This document shows, in pieces, positions 25,377 to 28,449 of a stretch of 28,449 nucleotides of DNA. Numbering within the stretch: the stretch's first letter is position 1; each line of letters opens with the position of its first letter. The position numbers were made by a program, and so were the translations under genes. The stretch lies in contig JBHLRP010000041.1 of assembly GCA_048882485.1 (NCBI GenBank), forward strand, positions 1 to 28,449. Reading direction: 5' to 3'. Below the pieces are notes generated by a model. The model did no database searches, was not told the origin of the DNA, and saw only the letters and a program-made list of their open reading frames with translations. Source of the DNA: Candidatus Thorarchaeota archaeon. GTDB taxonomy: Archaea > Asgardarchaeota > Thorarchaeia > Thorarchaeales > Thorarchaeaceae.

Positions 25377-26243
25377 CTATGTTGGCTTGTCGCCGAGTTT
25401 GGTCTTCCTCTGAAGTGCACCTTTCTTGTTGTGTGGTGTTCGAAGTAGTGTATCCATACTCTTCTCAAGTTCTCTCGCTTCATCTGAGAGTCTTGCAGCA
25501 GCTCGCATCATTTCATGTCCAGCTGCAACTAGGGGTATGTACTTCTCCATCTCCTGCTCTACGAAGCAGCCCTTGACAGTGACATCAGCTACAGCTTCTG
25601 CAATCTTCAGGGCTGCATATGCTTTCGCAGCACCGTATGGATTGGTGAACCCTCCAGCTTCAACTGCTTTCTCAGCTGTGACCTTCCTCGTAGGCATCTT
25701 TGGTTCCTTGCCACCTTTCAGATCATCAATGACTCCATTGATTTGCTCTTGAAGAAGTCGCATAACTCCAGTGTTGGATAGAACTTTGATCATGTCTGCA
25801 TTGAAGAGAGTCATCTCGGTCGGATCCAAGAATTCTCTTCTGGCCCCTATCATAGAGTCAGCATATAGAATGAAGAATCCTTGCTTGTCGAGCACTGATT
25901 TCTTTTTCTTGCCCTCTTCATCCTTCTTGTAGAAGCCTTTCTCAGACGGACCATCTGAGATTGTAATTGTTGGTAATCCTGCCTCATGCAACATCTCTCT
26001 AGACGTAGTAGGTCCTTTAAGAGCCGCATTGGGACTCACGGACAAAACCAGATCTGGTTTGTAATCAATGACCATCTGAGTTGGTCCGACACATGAATCC
26101 GGATCCAGCTTTGCTCCACTCGTAAACACCCTGACTTCGAGATCTTTTCGGTCAGCTCTTTCATCAAATAAGAGGTCGAGCAACGGAGCCGCGCCGATGC
26201 ATCCGAATTTCACAACACCTAGCTTGAAGACATCTCCTGCCAT
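25377..26243 (-). CDS. mtd: F420-dependent methylenetetrahydromethanopterin dehydrogenase
   Basis: KFGCIG, LDLLFDERADR, SGAKL, SPNAALKGP, DSMIGARREFLDPTEMTLFNAD, FTNPY.AAKA, AAGHEMMR, RTPH. Confidence 0.96.
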   Translation of the reverse strand: MAGDVFKLGVVKFGCIGAAPLLDLLFDERADRKDLEVRVFTSGAKLDPDSCVGPTQMVIDYKPDLVLSVSPNAALKGPTTSREMLHEAGLPTITISDGPSEKGFYKKDEEGKKKKSVLDKQGFFILYADSMIGARREFLDPTEMTLFNADMIKVLSNTGVMRLLQEQINGVIDDLKGGKEPKMPTRKVTAEKAVEAGGFTNPYGAAKAYAALKIAEAVADVTVKGCFVEQEMEKYIPLVAAGHEMMRAAARLSDEARELEKSMDTLLRTPHNKKGALQRKTKLGDKPT

Positions 26244-26326
26244 TCATATCCTTCCATTTAGTGAATATTCGGAAAAGCGCCATGTTGACTAGAACATAAC
26301 TGTTGTGGTGAGCTTGAGCAACACCT

Positions 26327-27259
26327 TCAGGCATCTTCTTCGTTTCGTTTTGCATGGTAGTATGCGAGGCCAGTTCCGCCCAATAGGTCAACAGCATCTA
26401 GGTTTTTTCCGCATGTTGCACAGGCAAACGCGATCTTCGGTTCATTGGACGCAGTTCCACAATCTTGACAAAGCGGTTCGACGTGAAGAACATTGAGATC
26501 TGAAACCTCCATGTCTGCTTTGCATTGTACGCACTTCACCACACTACGCTTGTCTTCAATTACTGTGGGGGTCTGCTCTTTGCACCAAGGGCAATGGACT
26601 GTGTAGACTTTATGCAGCTTAGGCGAACTGCAATTTGGACAAAGGAGTGTGATCTCAACATCTTCTCCTCCGCACTGCTTGCATTGAACTCGGCGACCGT
26701 ATGTCTTAGGTACCAGAATGCCTGCATCCGCTAAGTCTGTAAGTATCATTCTTGTTTCTTCTTGATCTAGACCAAAGTAGTCTATCGCTTTCGGGTATTT
26801 GACTGTGCCTTGGAGTATATGTCTTGGAGCAATAGATCCTACTCTTCCCGAATGCATATCTTGTACCATCTTGGACACGCCAGGATTGTCAAGCAAATCT
26901 GGACCTGAAAAATCCCTTATCAAATGCAGCAACTTGCTGAATGCGCTAGTTAGCTCCGCATCCCAATCATCTGCATGCATGTCAATATCCTTGACCAATC
27001 TTTGCAAATTCCTTTCTACAATGCCCGAATCATCGTCAGGTGCGAGCAAGACCGCTATACAGTTTGGAGCCTGCATGTACGAGATAATCAGTCCCCTCCT
27101 CAACTTGGTATAGCCCATCTTGGCTTCTTGGTTGACACCATGTCCCATGAAGATGCTCAGAGCTTCTTCCCCAGTGAGGGGGTCTTCTTCAGGGAAGCTT
27201 CGACCAACCATGGGACCAAGCGTGTCATCCCACCAGATAGAATATATGGCTTCGGGCAT
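26327..27259 (-). CDS. uDENN/longin-like domain + winged helix + six-CxxC zinc-ribbon (TackOD1-like) protein
   Basis: N-terminus AIYSIWWDDTLGPMVGRSFPE; ILTDLADAGILVPK; CKQC, CPNC, CPWC, CVQC, CQDC, CATC. ATG 27259 preferred; the ORF track extends it to 27328. Confidence 0.8.
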   Translation of the reverse strand: MPEAIYSIWWDDTLGPMVGRSFPEEDPLTGEEALSIFMGHGVNQEAKMGYTKLRRGLIISYMQAPNCIAVLLAPDDDSGIVERNLQRLVKDIDMHADDWDAELTSAFSKLLHLIRDFSGPDLLDNPGVSKMVQDMHSGRVGSIAPRHILQGTVKYPKAIDYFGLDQEETRMILTDLADAGILVPKTYGRRVQCKQCGGEDVEITLLCPNCSSPKLHKVYTVHCPWCKEQTPTVIEDKRSVVKCVQCKADMEVSDLNVLHVEPLCQDCGTASNEPKIAFACATCGKNLDAVDLLGGTGLAYYHAKRNEEDA

Positions 27260-27372
27260 ATTGTGCAGTCCTCTATCAAACAACACGGTACGCGCTGCGT
27301 CTACTTTGTAAATCCCTCTTATCAGCATTCGCTTGATGGACTCTCTAGAAATGGGTGCAATCTTCGCCTAGT

Positions 27373-27386
27373 CGCAAAGTATAAAA
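27373..27386 (+). promoter_or_regulatory. Putative BRE-TATA promoter of the surface protein gene
   Basis: CGCAAAG followed by TATAAAA (27380-27386), about 65 nt upstream of ATG 27449. Confidence 0.45.
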
Positions 27387-27448
27387 CCGTGCCTCGAAGT
27401 TCGAGCGGGCACCGAGCACAGACTAGGTCTCTTTAGGAAGTCAACCAA

Positions 27449-28449
27449 ATGGTATCCAAACGTAAGCAAGGAATAATTGTCGCGCTGGTTCTAACTTGGC
27501 TTGTGCTTCAGCCTGCTATTGGCGGAACCCTAGTTAGTGAGTTTGCATCAAGATCTCAGACCTATTCTGTTGCTTCAATATCCATTGACAGCCCGCCTGA
27601 TCTCACCTTTGAAAACGGCTCATTGAATGAACTAATAGTTTGGTTGCCCGAAGCGCCAAATCCCAAGAATTACAGTGTCACTAGAGATGGTGATGTCTAC
27701 CGAGAGGGAATTTGGACTGGTGGTGATATCACGGTCTTTCTGAACCACTTGTACGTAGAAGACCTTCTTGATGAACCGAGTGAAGTGCCATCTGATTTCG
27801 TATTCAATTGCACAGTTTTCAACGAGGATGACGAGTCAGTTTGGGATATCGTGATAGTCCATGTTATTCCTGATGAGGCTGCGCCCATCATTGCACAGCC
27901 TGAGAACATAACATATGAAGAAGGTAGCTTTGGACACGAGATTAGATGGAACATTACTGAAGCCAATCCTGATTTCTTTAACATCACAAGGAAATCAAAT
28001 GAGCCCACCAGCAACGACACAGTGCTATTGAGTGACAAATGGGATGGAGACAATATTACCATCAATGTTGATGGACTCAATGCATCGCGTTGGTATATCT
28101 ACACCCTGTTTGTCAATGATACTTTGGGATACAACTCCACCAGCTCAGTCAATGTAACGGTGGTCATGGACCTAACTGCTCCGACAGTGACTGATCCCGG
28201 AGAAATCGAGTTCGAGTTTGGGTCAGTTGACCAGGAAATACGATGGGAGGCTTATGATAGCAATCCGAAGAACTATTCGATATCCGTATGGATTCGTTAC
28301 AATAACACGTTCTATGGGAATCTCACCGAACCACTACACGCCCCGACGAATGTATCTGCATCTAACTGGACATTCACAGAACCAGAAGGAGGACCGATTA
28401 TCTATAATCTGGACTATTTGTACCTTGGCAACTACACATTCCAGATACT
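27449..28449 (+). CDS. Secreted/cell-surface protein with tandem Ig-like repeats (partial, runs off the window edge)
   Basis: Not in the ORF track; manual translation MVSKRKQGIIVALVLTWLVLQPAIGG (signal peptide), then about 95-100-aa repeats (P.....E.GS....I.W......NP..y..), e.g. IDSPPDLTFENGSLNELIVW, IAQPENITYEEGSFGHEIRW, VTDPGEIEFEFGSVDQEIRW; many N-x-S/T sequons; open to the end. Confidence 0.88.
   Translation, partial: MVSKRKQGIIVALVLTWLVLQPAIGGTLVSEFASRSQTYSVASISIDSPPDLTFENGSLNELIVWLPEAPNPKNYSVTRDGDVYREGIWTGGDITVFLNHLYVEDLLDEPSEVPSDFVFNCTVFNEDDESVWDIVIVHVIPDEAAPIIAQPENITYEEGSFGHEIRWNITEANPDFFNITRKSNEPTSNDTVLLSDKWDGDNITINVDGLNASRWYIYTLFVNDTLGYNSTSSVNVTVVMDLTAPTVTDPGEIEFEFGSVDQEIRWEAYDSNPKNYSISVWIRYNNTFYGNLTEPLHAPTNVSASNWTFTEPEGGPIIYNLDYLYLGNYTFQI

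Noticed and set aside
27697-28080. 127-aa minus-strand ORF
   Set aside because: Antisense to the Ig-repeat surface protein gene.
1-28449. CRISPR array, tRNA/rRNA, IS/integrase, anti-phage defence or diversity-generating retroelement genes
   Set aside because: No spaced repeats, cloverleaf-like sequence, or transposase/recombinase/reverse-transcriptase/nuclease motifs were recognised by eye.

Overview
Gene-dense archaeal chromosomal window, most consistent with an Asgard archaeon (Thorarchaeota-like). This is inferred from longin/uDENN-type proteins, a Ras-superfamily-fold domain, F420-dependent Mtd, a tungsten AOR, a geranylgeranyl reductase and a sequon-rich Ig-repeat surface protein. The left part is a four-gene MacB/LolCDE-like (type VII) ABC operon: ATPase, two FtsX-type permeases, and a second ATPase with a C-terminal AbrB-like tail. 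The middle holds a pseudo-GTPase with a long acidic linker, a C2H2-bearing zinc-finger protein, a divergent APRT, lipid enzymes (GGR, GDPD), several orphan membrane proteins and an AOR operon. The right part (about 21.9-27.3 kb) is the most interesting: a MinD/ParA ATPase, an NPRL2-like longin + two winged-helix protein, an MFS-fold protein fused to a RadA-N-like HhH domain, mtd, and a uDENN-like longin fused to a six-CxxC zinc output domain. No rRNA, tRNA, CRISPR array or mobile element was recognised. All family calls come from motif recognition by eye; no searches were run.
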